A stretch of 52,852 bases of DNA from a virus. Taxonomy: Duplodnaviria; Caudoviricetes. The translations under genes were made by a program, and so were the position numbers. Positions 17,203 to 26,868 of the stretch are shown piece after piece. The stretch lies in the IMG/VR virus record IMGVR_UViG_3300037427_000580, positions 1 to 52,852 of that record; one strand, given 5' to 3'. The first letter of the stretch is position 1, and the number at the start of each line of letters is the position of its first letter. Below the pieces are notes generated by a model, which ran no database searches, had not been told where the DNA came from, and worked only from the letters and a program-made list of their open reading frames with translations.

Positions 17203-18222
17203 TTAAGGCTTCATAGCATCAATGCCAGGAAGATAGTCACTCATACCCAATAATTCTCCAGTAGAGAATTTACCATCGAACGGATCTAATTGTCCGTCAT
17301 GAATTTTATTAGCTATCATAACAGCAACGTCAGACACTTCTTCGGGCATATTTGTCATTGGAGCCATTTCTACCATTCCAGTATCCATACCTCCCCAAGT
17401 ATCAGAAGTTTCCCAACTACCATCAATAACAGCCATTACTCTTTCAACATAGTAAGGACCCCATTGATCAATTATAGCAGTCAATTGTGTATTTGGGGCA
17501 AACATAATCATATCAGAAGCTTGTCCAAAAGCTTTCACTCCGTATTCTTCAGCAACTTGTAAAGCCGCTGGTGAATCTGTATGCTGTGTAATGATATCAG
17601 CACCTTGTTGTATTAATACTCTAGCGGCATCGCCTTCTTTACCTGGATCATACCAAGTATTTACCCATACTACATCTATATCAAAATCAGGATTTACAGA
17701 AGTAGCACCTAACCAAAACGAATTAATTCCACGAATAACTTCCGGGATAGGAAATGAAGCAATATAACCAGCTTTACCTTTTTCACTCATCATTCCTGCA
17801 ATCACGCCTTGTATATATCTACCTTCATAAAACTTTGAAGAGTAAACTGACATATTAGGGGCAGTTTTATAACCAGTGGCATGTTCAAATTTCACATCAG
17901 GAAATCTTTTAGCAACTTTTAACATTGCGTCCATATATCCAAATGATGTAGCAAATATAATATCAGCACCTTGCAGAGCCATATTAGTCATAACTCTTTC
18001 AGCATCAGGACCTTCAGCAACATTCTCTACATAAAAAGTTTCTACTAATCCACCTAGTTCTTCTTCAACCATCTGTCGGCCTTGATCGTGCATATATGTC
18101 CAGCCATGATCGCCTACTGGTCCTACATACACAAATCCCACTTTAACTTTTTCATCTGCTAAAGCGGGTGTAATTAAAAATAACGACAATAATACTATTG
18201 TCAATGATCTAATAAAATTCAT
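17203..18222 (-). CDS. BMP/PnrA-family ABC transporter substrate-binding protein
   Basis: KVGFVYVGPVGDHGWTYMHDQGR, FATSFGYM, EHATGYK, FPIPEVIRGIN, WYDPGKE, QHTDSPA; signal peptide ending ALA; start moved to ATG 18222 (AAAGGA upstream). Confidence 0.93.
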   Translation of the reverse strand: MNFIRSLTIVLLSLFLITPALADEKVKVGFVYVGPVGDHGWTYMHDQGRQMVEEELGGLVETFYVENVAEGPDAERVMTNMALQGADIIFATSFGYMDAMLKVAKRFPDVKFEHATGYKTAPNMSVYSSKFYEGRYIQGVIAGMMSEKGKAGYIASFPIPEVIRGINSFWLGATSVNPDFDIDVVWVNTWYDPGKEGDAARVLIQQGADIITQHTDSPAALQVAEEYGVKAFGQASDMIMFAPNTQLTAIIDQWGPYYVERVMAVIDGSWETSDTWGGMDTGMVEMAPMTNMPEEVSDVAVMIANKIHDGQLDPFDGKFSTGELLGMSDYLPGIDAMKP

Positions 18223-18331
18223 TGATAATCCTTTCGAGGGTGTTGCGGCAGGATCGTAAGGAGATACTCTGCCAGTTTTTGATAATACGTTACATTTGTC
18301 GTAACACAACTATATAGTATTTCAAAAACCC

Positions 18332-18359
18332 AAAAAAAAGAGGGCCGTTAAGCCCTCTT
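18332..18359 (-). terminator. Rho-independent terminator after gp23
   Basis: AAGAGGGC-TTAACG-GCCCTCTT followed by a U-run. Confidence 0.88.
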
Positions 18360-18382
18360 AAAGTTTTTATGTGATACTGAGA

Positions 18383-19795
18383 TTACATTAAGTTATTAAC
18401 TTTTGTTAATCTGTAATACTTGTTACCATCTCCAGAACCAAGTCTAGCCGCAACACCGTTAGCATCAGCAGTAGCGAAAGGATTTGCTACCATACCGTAA
18501 CGAGTTTTGAAACCAATCTTTGGTTGAAAAGATTGCTCACCAATTGCTCTTACCATTTGAAGAGGTACATAAGGACAATAGAAAAGTCCAGCATCAAAGG
18601 CACTAGAACCTTTATACCCTAATGTGTAGTAATGAGCCGCAGAAGCGCCTGAACTTGCAGGTGCGAAATAAGGATCGATATACACTTTGATTCTTCCGTT
18701 AAGAACACCAGCAAATGTATTTCCTGTATCGTCTACGTTTAGGTTGTTGTTTAGAGCAGGTGTGTAGTCAAGTACACCAGCCATTTGAAGTGCAGAAGCT
18801 ACATCAGAAGAACATAACATTACGTTACCTTTACCTCGTCTGGTTGCTTTTGCTAGTTCGTTAGCATCACGTTCAATGTTGAACATTAAGCCTTTGAACT
18901 TTTCAACACTCCAACGTCCATTTGAGTCTGTATCAAGATCAAATGTACCAGCGGCAGTTGTGTTGTTTTGTGAACCAGCTACAGCAGAGTAGTTAATTGT
19001 TCTCACAACTTCTCTGTTGATCTCAGCTAAGATTTCAGCAGATAGTATGTTTGACAATTCGGTTTCAGCATCAAGTCCGTGAATTGCTTTCAAGTCTTGT
19101 GCTAATTCCATTGTGTACTCAGCTTTTAGGGCTCTTGAAACAGCAGTTACAGAAATTTTCTCGATTGAGAAAGCCATTTCGTTGAAACCGTTATTAGCAG
19201 TTCCGTCACCCAATGCTTCACTTTGAGCAGTTGTCATACCTGTGTGGACGTTATAAGCACCACCAGTTGACGAAGCCGATCTTGCAGTAGGATCAGTTCC
19301 TGCCATTACTCCACCAGCAGAAGAGTTAGCCGCTCCGAAAGAGGCTGTATTCGCTCCGTTACCAGCGCCTCTAGATACGTGAGTTCCTGCTTCATTGAAG
19401 AGTGCTTCACTACCTGATTGAGATGCTAGTCTGGATCTCATTGCGAAAATGAGTCCTGTTGGTCCAGTCATTGGTTGAACACCGCAAACATCATATGCTA
19501 TAAGATTTGGCATAGAACGTCTTACGAGTGAGATTAAAACGGGATCAAAAGTGTCTACACTACCAGCAGATGCTGTAGAACTTGAGGCTCCCATTGCGTT
19601 AGTTGGCGCCGCTTCTCCAAGTAGAGAAGGACTTCTATATCCACCAGAACCAGCGTTTTGCTCTCTGGCAGAATTTTCTTGGTTTTCAAGAAGAGTTGCA
19701 GTTACGGCTCTCTTATGGGCATCCTTTATTTCTGCTAAATCAGGGTGCTCAAGAACTGGCTGCCACTTCTTTTGAAGTTCATCAGATTGATACAT
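18383..19795 (-). CDS. gp23: Major capsid protein
   Basis: DPVLISLVRR.MPNLIAYD.CGVQPMTGPTGLIFAMR, KAEYT.ELAQDLKAIHGLDAE, YCPYVPL, FQPKIGFKTRYG. Confidence 0.99.
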   Translation of the reverse strand: MYQSDELQKKWQPVLEHPDLAEIKDAHKRAVTATLLENQENSAREQNAGSGGYRSPSLLGEAAPTNAMGASSSTASAGSVDTFDPVLISLVRRSMPNLIAYDVCGVQPMTGPTGLIFAMRSRLASQSGSEALFNEAGTHVSRGAGNGANTASFGAANSSAGGVMAGTDPTARSASSTGGAYNVHTGMTTAQSEALGDGTANNGFNEMAFSIEKISVTAVSRALKAEYTMELAQDLKAIHGLDAETELSNILSAEILAEINREVVRTINYSAVAGSQNNTTAAGTFDLDTDSNGRWSVEKFKGLMFNIERDANELAKATRRGKGNVMLCSSDVASALQMAGVLDYTPALNNNLNVDDTGNTFAGVLNGRIKVYIDPYFAPASSGASAAHYYTLGYKGSSAFDAGLFYCPYVPLQMVRAIGEQSFQPKIGFKTRYGMVANPFATADANGVAARLGSGDGNKYYRLTKVNNLM

Positions 19796-19836
19796 ATTAG
19801 TTTCTCCTTTAAACTATTTTCAGCCTTTAGTTACAA

Positions 19837-19844
19837 TATTTATA
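19837..19844 (-). promoter_or_regulatory. gp55 late promoter
   Basis: TATAAATA upstream of gp23. Confidence 0.85.
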
Positions 19845-19849
19845 AATTA

Positions 19850-20968
19850 TTACTTTTTGATGCTTCGAGATATGGCCTGCGTGTACGCGGCCATAGAGCC
19901 GTTCACTTGGTTACTATCTTCCTCTATATTCTCCAGAGGTTCTTCCTCACTCACATCATTCTCATTTACCACTTCCCCGTCTTTTGGAAAATAGTTCTCC
20001 TTGATAGTCTTTAGCTTGTCGATATACTTCTCGTCTTCTACATCAACACCTTCAGCTAGGGACTTCAATTTCTCTTTCTGAGTCTCTGTTAGTTCTTCGC
20101 TAACTTGAATGAAAGCTTCATTCTTTTTCATCTCAGATAATGCTTTTTTAACTTCGATATTCTTTTCGATTTCTTCATTGACTGATTTTTCTAGTTCTTC
20201 AACTTTAGAAGCCATCTCATCAACAATATCTACTTTATCTTCTGGAATGTCAATATAGTTTTCTGTGAAAAGATTACGTAAGCCAACCATAAAGTTTTCA
20301 ACGATTTCAGAACGTATGCCTTTTTCGATGGCAAGTTCATTATCTTTAACCCACTCTTCAGCGACATACTCTAGATAATCGTCAAGCTTTTTAGTTAAGT
20401 CTTCTTTTAGAGACTCTTTTTCAGCTTCGATTTCAGCATTCATATCTACTGTTGCGTTTTCTAGTACTTCATTTACTTTTGAAAGTACAGCGGCTTCAAA
20501 GATTGTTGTTGCTTTATCTTTAAAGTCTTCTGACAAATCTTCGTTACCAAATAATGCTTTAACATCATCTGAAATATCGATATCGTCTTTAGATACTTTA
20601 ATTGTTTCTTTAAGTGTTGGTGCTTTTTCAGTTTCAGCTACTTCTTCATTAGCAGGTTTCATCATGGTTGTTACCATATCTTTAACACCTGATTTATTCA
20701 TAGAGTTAAGTTTCTGAACCATAGCATTGATCATACCAACTTTAGTACCAGGGAGTTTTTGAGCAGGCTCACCGGCTCCCTTTTTGGCTTCTTTGCCTGA
20801 ATTTGACTTAGGATCTGGATCTGGAATTTCTGAAGGATCACCCATTGACGCCTTTTTACCTTCGTCAATTGAACTATCATCTGACTCAACAGCTTCAACT
20901 TCCTGATCAGCAACCACGTCCTCGAGGATTTCTTCCTCTTGAGTGTTTTCTTGAACTTGATCGGACAT
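19850..20968 (-). CDS. gp22: Prohead core scaffold protein
   Basis: LSEDFK.KA.TIFEAAV, DYL.YV.EEW..N.LAIE.GI..E, IKENYF; synteny. Confidence 0.93.
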   Translation of the reverse strand: MSDQVQENTQEEEILEDVVADQEVEAVESDDSSIDEGKKASMGDPSEIPDPDPKSNSGKEAKKGAGEPAQKLPGTKVGMINAMVQKLNSMNKSGVKDMVTTMMKPANEEVAETEKAPTLKETIKVSKDDIDISDDVKALFGNEDLSEDFKDKATTIFEAAVLSKVNEVLENATVDMNAEIEAEKESLKEDLTKKLDDYLEYVAEEWVKDNELAIEKGIRSEIVENFMVGLRNLFTENYIDIPEDKVDIVDEMASKVEELEKSVNEEIEKNIEVKKALSEMKKNEAFIQVSEELTETQKEKLKSLAEGVDVEDEKYIDKLKTIKENYFPKDGEVVNENDVSEEEPLENIEEDSNQVNGSMAAYTQAISRSIKK

Positions 20969-21008
20969 CTATTTGCTCCTTGTTTTGATCATTTTATTAA
21001 TTACAATC

Positions 21009-21016
21009 TATTTATA
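21009..21016 (-). promoter_or_regulatory. gp55 late promoter
   Basis: TATAAATA upstream of gp22. Confidence 0.85.
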
Positions 21017-21020
21017 AATT

Positions 21021-21671
21021 TTATAGTTTTGATAGAAAATCTTCAAAGACTTTCAACTTTACATTCTCTAACTCACTTCTCGAGGCTGTTTTAACCTCAT
21101 TCTGCATGTCAGCGATATCGGCTTCACGTATCATACCGTTATCCCATACCCATTCTTTGCTTTCCATAATGCCATTAACGAAGGCACTAGGTGCAGATGG
21201 ATCAGCAACTATATCAGCGGCAGTTGCTAGATAAAAATCTTTTTGTACTTCTTGGGCGCCGCCCTTTTGCTGTAAACTTCCCATACCACGACTTGATACA
21301 CCAAGTTGTGCGCCTTCTTTCATAAGAGACTCAACTATTTTACCATATGGTGTTTCAGTCATAATTTTTGCTTTACCAATGAAATTAGAACCTTCTTTTC
21401 TTAGTGATGTTATAAGATGTGACACTCTCTCTAAATTAATAGTAGGTCCTTGTGGATGTCCAAGTTCACCATATGCTCTCTTCTTTTGAATATATTCTTG
21501 ATCATATCTTGCTACTTCATTAGCTAGAATGGCACTCGGATAAACTCTTCCATTTCTATTTTTAATATCGCCTTGCATAAAGACACCTTCTATATGAAGA
21601 CTTTTCTTTCCGTCTTTTTCTTCGTGCAGATATTGAACTTCTTCAAAGTTGTCTTCACATATTAGTTTCAT
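21021..21671 (-). CDS. gp21: Prohead protease
   Basis: NRNGRVYP, GELGHP, GVSSRGMGS, DIVADPSAP.AFV. Confidence 0.97.
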   Translation of the reverse strand: MKLICEDNFEEVQYLHEEKDGKKSLHIEGVFMQGDIKNRNGRVYPSAILANEVARYDQEYIQKKRAYGELGHPQGPTINLERVSHLITSLRKEGSNFIGKAKIMTETPYGKIVESLMKEGAQLGVSSRGMGSLQQKGGAQEVQKDFYLATAADIVADPSAPSAFVNGIMESKEWVWDNGMIREADIADMQNEVKTASRSELENVKLKVFEDFLSKL

Positions 21672-21928
21672 TAGATTGAATCTCCTGCGGCTACTTGTGT
21701 ACCCGATACTGTAGTAGGTCCACGTAATCCCTGGCCAATAAATAAATTAACTACCATCTGGCCATTAGCGGGTATTTTTATTGTTCCGACATCGGCATCA
21801 TCAGCCGCGTTTCGGACTGTTACAGTTACAGCAGAAGTATGTCCACAAAGATGAACTGCTGTACAGTCATCAAATTTTGTAGTACCAGTAGCTAGTGCTG
21901 TAGATGTCCCTTTTACTGTTATTCCCAT
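21671..21928 (-). CDS. Hypothetical beta-rich head-region protein
   Basis: 85-aa ORF coupled to gp21, in the gp68 slot. Confidence 0.6.
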   Translation of the reverse strand: MGITVKGTSTALATGTTKFDDCTAVHLCGHTSAVTVTVRNAADDADVGTIKIPANGQMVVNLFIGQGLRGPTTVSGTQVAAGDSI

Positions 21929-21938
21929 TTCTTTGTCC

Positions 21939-22403
21939 TTAATTATTTTGCATAATATCTAAGACTTTCATTAAGCCTTCTGGTCCACTGTCCAGTAACT
22001 TTTCAACTTTAGCCTTAGTATCAGCTTTTTTAATTCTTTTATCGAATGACTTAGTGATCATATTGGCAGTTTGCATATCAATCATCATCTGTTTGCCATT
22101 CTTAAACTTAATTTTTTGAGCCTGTTTATCTTTAACTATCTTACGTAAAGTATCTAAAACGCCTTCATCTAACTTTTTTTTTTCGTCTTCTACTTCGACT
22201 TCTTCTTTGATACTTCCGTTAAAGATATGATCTTGTCCTCTAGGCTCAGCATCAGATTTAGTAACTTTATGTTTAGCTACAAACTCTTCTTCCCCTTTAG
22301 AACGAGGCTTATATTTAATTGCTTCATCATCAGAATCTTTCGGTGCTATGTAATCTTTAGCATCGGCTTCGCCAATGAAATTACTGAACTTCTGTAGTCG
22401 CAT
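21939..22403 (-). CDS. Putative prohead core protein (gp67/gp68 slot)
   Basis: Charged protein between gp20 and gp21; synteny only. Confidence 0.55.
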   Translation of the reverse strand: MRLQKFSNFIGEADAKDYIAPKDSDDEAIKYKPRSKGEEEFVAKHKVTKSDAEPRGQDHIFNGSIKEEVEVEDEKKKLDEGVLDTLRKIVKDKQAQKIKFKNGKQMMIDMQTANMITKSFDKRIKKADTKAKVEKLLDSGPEGLMKVLDIMQNN

Positions 22404-22632
22404 CTGTTGGTTCCTCTACTGGTTCGGCTGTCGCTACTTCTGGTTCTACAGTAACTTCTGGTTCTACTTCTTGAGTTTTCATAAAGTTAGCCGCAACATC
22501 TACTCTTTTTAGTTCTACTGCTTGTGCTACTCTATCTGCCATTAATTTATTAACAGCATTTTTAAACTCACCTGAATTACCAGACATTGCAAAATTTACT
22601 GCATCTGCGGAAGTGTATTCTTTCTCAGCCAT
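22381..22632 (-). CDS. Putative prohead core protein (gp67-like)
   Basis: Small acidic protein right after the portal gene; TATAAATA at 22652-22659. Confidence 0.55.
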   Translation of the reverse strand: MAEKEYTSADAVNFAMSGNSGEFKNAVNKLMADRVAQAVELKRVDVAANFMKTQEVEPEVTVEPEVATAEPVEEPTDATTEVQ

Positions 22633-22664
22633 AATTTATTCTCCTATTGCATATTTATAATTGT

Positions 22665-24203
22665 TTATTCCTCAGTCTCCAATTCATCATCGGATTCTTT
22701 CTCACCTTCAATTTCTTGATCTATTTGTTCAATATCTTCTTCAGTTTGCTTTAAAACATTCTCTCTAATCCACTTTTGAGAGAAATATCTTCCTGTATAT
22801 TGATCTATATCTTGTAATAAAGTCATTCTTTCTCTTAGAATTTCACCATCTCTTAATTCTGAGAAGTGATTATCTTCTTGAAAGTCAAACTTTAATAAAT
22901 CTCTTACTTCAGCCCATTCACCTAAAGTCATAACACCCTTAAGCATAAGCTGTTTTTCTAATAAAACTAAAAATAATTCTGAGAATTTAGAACGTAATCT
23001 ATTAACAAACTTAGAAAATTTAATTTCATCTCTTGTTATTTCAGAATTTCTACCAACATTAAACTGTGTATCTGTCTCTAATCGTGAGATAGGTACGTTT
23101 AATGATTCATAAAGCTTACGTCTAAAGTATTGTACGTCATCTAATTCACCAAGATTTTGTCCACCTGGTAAAGTAGTAATTTCAGTTCCTCTTCCACCCT
23201 CTCTTCTAGGGAGCCAATAATCTTCTAGCATAGTGAGAAATTTTCTATCATCTCTTACTTCACCAGTATTAGCATCATACACAAGTTTGTTCTTGTGTTT
23301 AATCATCATATCTCTTAGGTATTGTTCAGCTTTTTGCTTCGGTAAATTACCAACATCAATGTAGAATATTCTTCTTTCAGGTGCCCTAGCTAATCTGTAA
23401 ATAACAGTAGCATCTTCTAGCATTCTTAACTGATTAAGTGGTTTAATAGCTTTATGTAAGTGTGATAGTACAGAATAGTTTCTAGTGTCTAAAACTCCAC
23501 TATGACAATAAGCTATGGCATCTGGTGCAATTTTAAGTCCAGAATTAGTATCATTAACACCCTTGTTTTGATATAGATAAAACTCTTCGTACTTCTTATC
23601 AAATACTTCTTTCATTAATGCCGCAGAGTCTATCTTAGCTTTTGGATCTCGTACTGGCTTTTTAACTTTTTTGATTTTTCTTGGATCAACGTAACGTAAT
23701 TCTTTGATACCCAATCTAGGACTTTTTAAATCTATAACACAATGATAGTAAATTCTTCCATCTACATACCATTTACGAAAGATTTCATAACCCTTAGTAT
23801 TCATTCTAAGCATCTTCAGAATAGAATCAAACTCCATACGTATGAGTTCTTTGATATCGTCTGAAAGATAACCCTCTTCAACATCGTCCATGTTGATTTC
23901 TACAGGCATTTGATTATCATCAACAATAATAGCCTCGTTGATGACATCATCTATTGCCCGTTCAGCCTCTGGTTGCAGAGACATTTCTCTGTATTTTGTT
24001 ATAAGGGCTGATTCATTTTTGATTTTATTTTCAAGATCAACTGTTGTTCCGAATGCTCCACCTTCAGCGATAGTTAAAGAACCATCATCTGATGATGGGG
24101 GAACAAATGAAGGTAGATTCTGAGCATCTTTGTCAGGCCTACCTATACGAAATCCGAATAGTTCAACTGCTTCTCGCAGAAAACCCTTTCTTTCTCCTGC
24201 CAT
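22665..24203 (-). CDS. gp20: Portal vertex protein
   Basis: WYVDGR, NQLRMLEDA.VIYRL.RAPERRIFYIDVGN, EDYWLPRREGGRGTEI.TLPG. Confidence 0.98.
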   Translation of the reverse strand: MAGERKGFLREAVELFGFRIGRPDKDAQNLPSFVPPSSDDGSLTIAEGGAFGTTVDLENKIKNESALITKYREMSLQPEAERAIDDVINEAIIVDDNQMPVEINMDDVEEGYLSDDIKELIRMEFDSILKMLRMNTKGYEIFRKWYVDGRIYYHCVIDLKSPRLGIKELRYVDPRKIKKVKKPVRDPKAKIDSAALMKEVFDKKYEEFYLYQNKGVNDTNSGLKIAPDAIAYCHSGVLDTRNYSVLSHLHKAIKPLNQLRMLEDATVIYRLARAPERRIFYIDVGNLPKQKAEQYLRDMMIKHKNKLVYDANTGEVRDDRKFLTMLEDYWLPRREGGRGTEITTLPGGQNLGELDDVQYFRRKLYESLNVPISRLETDTQFNVGRNSEITRDEIKFSKFVNRLRSKFSELFLVLLEKQLMLKGVMTLGEWAEVRDLLKFDFQEDNHFSELRDGEILRERMTLLQDIDQYTGRYFSQKWIRENVLKQTEEDIEQIDQEIEGEKESDDELETEE

Positions 24204-24263
24204 ATTATATCCTTTACGTGTGTCTAATCATATATTTATGACTCACGAAATCACTTGCTGGAA

Positions 24264-24812
24264 TTAAATTCCGCCTGCATTTCCTGTAGTACCACCTGAT
24301 ACTTCCCAATAATCATACTGAAAAGTCACAGTATATTCTTGGATTGTTTCGGCGTCCCAAGCCATATCTATAGTAGACACTTCTGATGGATATAATCCGA
24401 CAAAGTTGTATACTCGTAGAATTTCGCCAGTTTTAGAATACTGAGTTACCTGTGCTGAAGCTTTATACAGAGTTGGAGCAGAACCGCCAGTAGTTCTCAA
24501 GTTACCTTGAACACTATTGATAGAGTGATTCCATTGTTCCATTGCATTTCTGATTGTCATATCTTCATCATTAATGATAGTAGGACTCCATTCTGCGTAT
24601 GTTCTATTACCCGCTATCTTAATCTGTCTACCAAAATATGGAACTTCAATAGTTCCTAAAGTAGCCGCAGGTATTTGAGCCCCCTTACACATAAAGGGGA
24701 CTTGAGCATCAGCAACTCCATTAATCGGGTTTGTAATATTCACTTGAAAAAGTGAGTTTCTTGCACCACCCGACTTTAAGGCACCAGAAAATTCGTTTAC
24801 ATTAAAAGCCAT
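24264..24812 (-). CDS. gp19: Tail tube protein
   Basis: GGAR.SLF, VPYFGR.IK.AG.RT..EW, YP, F.YDYW. Confidence 0.95.
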   Translation of the reverse strand: MAFNVNEFSGALKSGGARNSLFQVNITNPINGVADAQVPFMCKGAQIPAATLGTIEVPYFGRQIKIAGNRTYAEWSPTIINDEDMTIRNAMEQWNHSINSVQGNLRTTGGSAPTLYKASAQVTQYSKTGEILRVYNFVGLYPSEVSTIDMAWDAETIQEYTVTFQYDYWEVSGGTTGNAGGI

Positions 24813-24835
24813 TTTTTTATCTCCTGTCTACCTAT

Positions 24836-26779
24836 TTATGTTGCTTTCCCTACAATTTCAGAAAATTCTATTCCAGAACGAACTGCAACAAAGTTAAGTT
24901 GAATGTAGTTTATTGAACGTGCTGGTTTAACATAAATGTCTCCAACAAATTCGTTTCTATCGATTACTTCACCCGTATTGTTAGTGCCATCACATACAAC
25001 AGCAAAGTCTGTAATACCTCTTCGCCCTTGAACATCTCGTAAGAAAGGCTCTACTAAGTTTTTGAATTGTGAACGTGTGAAAGTATCATTAAATTCAAAT
25101 AGAGTGAATTTAGCGGCAGTTGAGATAGCTTTTTCTAGAACTATAAACAATCGTCTTACATTAATTCTATCGAAAGCACTAGGTTGAGCCAACATAGTTT
25201 TATCACCGAACAATACAGTACCTTGTCCAGGGAATGTTACTACTGGGTTAACACCCTTCTTGTATAGTTCATCTCTATCTGCTTTTGATGGATTGAATGC
25301 TAGTTTGATACAATTCTTAACATTACCTCTATTGAAGCCTGCTGGTGAATACCATGGATCTCTAGTTAAGTCTGTTTGAACCATAAGCCCTGCAGTATCT
25401 CCATTTAAAGGAACATATCTATATACATCATTATATTTGTCATACTGATATTTCCATCCAGAGTCCATAACTGCATAAGAAGAACTAGGTAGTGTATCTC
25501 TATATGCGATAATGTCTGTTCTTTCTTTACCAGCATAAGAGTTGTTATTAACACAATCTGCTCTTTCTGGTGAAACAACTGCTACACAGTCTTTTCTTGA
25601 ACCAGCTATGTTAGATATCATATGTGTAGCTACAGTTACAGCATTTGCTGAACCGAGTACAAGTGATATATCAACATCTTCTGCTGATTTAAATTTATCT
25701 AATCCTGCAATTATGGCAGAAGTACCAGGGCTGGTACCATCTATTCCCTTACTCATAATATTTGTTACAGGTAGAGCCGCGGCCGCATAAGATATACCAG
25801 AACCAGCTGTTCCGTTATTTGTAGAACCAGCTATTTTTCCAGAATTTGTTAAGTTAGTGTTGTGGGCTCCCCACCAAATCCAAGATGAACTTTGATTGAT
25901 TACATCTTTGTAGTAGTTTCCTCCACCTTGTTCTGTTTTGGCGTCAGAAGCTACTGAGACATTTTCCCAAACTTCTAATACTTGTCCTGCAGAACCAGAG
26001 ATTTCTCCTCCATGATCGACAACTACAACGTGTACTGCATCTCCAGTTGAGTTAACTGTATTTGCGTGTGTAGTAGTTGTGGGTGCATTGTCTACACTAT
26101 TAAAATATTCCCATCTTCTTGTAATATTTACTGCACTTCTAGTAACAGTATTACCTGTGTAATTACTATCTAGAGTGATTGTGTTACCAGACATAGATGC
26201 TATCTTACAACTGTGCTTATCTGGTCCTAGTAGAATTAAATCTCCTACAGCGAAACTGTTTCCAGGTGTAAAAGAGTTAGTATTAATTTTTAATAATTTT
26301 GTGTTCTGTGTTATTGTGTGGGTTTGTGCTACTGTTACTGCACTTTCATATGCCGCTTTTCCTTGACATACAGATACTTTTAAACTATTTCCCATTATTC
26401 CAGGATATTTTGCTATCCAGTCACCATTATTAGATGCATGGGTGAAAGCTTCTTCATAGTGTGTAGTATTTTTAACATATGCACCGACTGAACCAGTCAC
26501 GGCATTTTTAGCTGTTGAAGAGTCTACTACTCGTACTGTAAATAAGGAATTACCATAAGATAAAAAGTTTGCCGCAGTAAAGAAGTCACTAGCTGTATTA
26601 GAATTGGGTTTTGAGAAAGTTGATACTAATCTATCTTCGCTATCGATTAATACTCTCTCTTCAACAGGACCCCATTTAAAATGTCCAGCTAATGCCCCGG
26701 TTGTAGTCGAAACTGCAGGCACAACAGTAGTAAGATCAACCTCACTAACATTAACTCCAGGTGATACTTGAAATGCCAT
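24836..26779 (-). CDS. gp18: Tail sheath protein
   Basis: SPGV...E.DLT, W.SPAG.NRG, FDRINVRRLF, FEFND. Confidence 0.97.
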   Translation of the reverse strand: MAFQVSPGVNVSEVDLTTVVPAVSTTTGALAGHFKWGPVEERVLIDSEDRLVSTFSKPNSNTASDFFTAANFLSYGNSLFTVRVVDSSTAKNAVTGSVGAYVKNTTHYEEAFTHASNNGDWIAKYPGIMGNSLKVSVCQGKAAYESAVTVAQTHTITQNTKLLKINTNSFTPGNSFAVGDLILLGPDKHSCKIASMSGNTITLDSNYTGNTVTRSAVNITRRWEYFNSVDNAPTTTTHANTVNSTGDAVHVVVVDHGGEISGSAGQVLEVWENVSVASDAKTEQGGGNYYKDVINQSSSWIWWGAHNTNLTNSGKIAGSTNNGTAGSGISYAAAALPVTNIMSKGIDGTSPGTSAIIAGLDKFKSAEDVDISLVLGSANAVTVATHMISNIAGSRKDCVAVVSPERADCVNNNSYAGKERTDIIAYRDTLPSSSYAVMDSGWKYQYDKYNDVYRYVPLNGDTAGLMVQTDLTRDPWYSPAGFNRGNVKNCIKLAFNPSKADRDELYKKGVNPVVTFPGQGTVLFGDKTMLAQPSAFDRINVRRLFIVLEKAISTAAKFTLFEFNDTFTRSQFKNLVEPFLRDVQGRRGITDFAVVCDGTNNTGEVIDRNEFVGDIYVKPARSINYIQLNFVAVRSGIEFSEIVGKAT

Positions 26780-26840
26780 TGTTTATCTCCTTTAAGATTA
26801 TACCAAGATTTTTTGCATTTAGTTTGCTTTATTACACCAA

Positions 26841-26848
26841 TATTTATA
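26841..26848 (-). promoter_or_regulatory. gp55 late promoter
   Basis: TATAAATA upstream of gp18. Confidence 0.85.
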
Positions 26849-26868
26849 AAAAACACTTTTTAAGTGAT

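Noticed and set aside
18223-18309. N-terminal extension of the BMP ORF from 18309
   Set aside because: The signal peptide and RBS point to ATG 18222; the upstream region is better read as a leader
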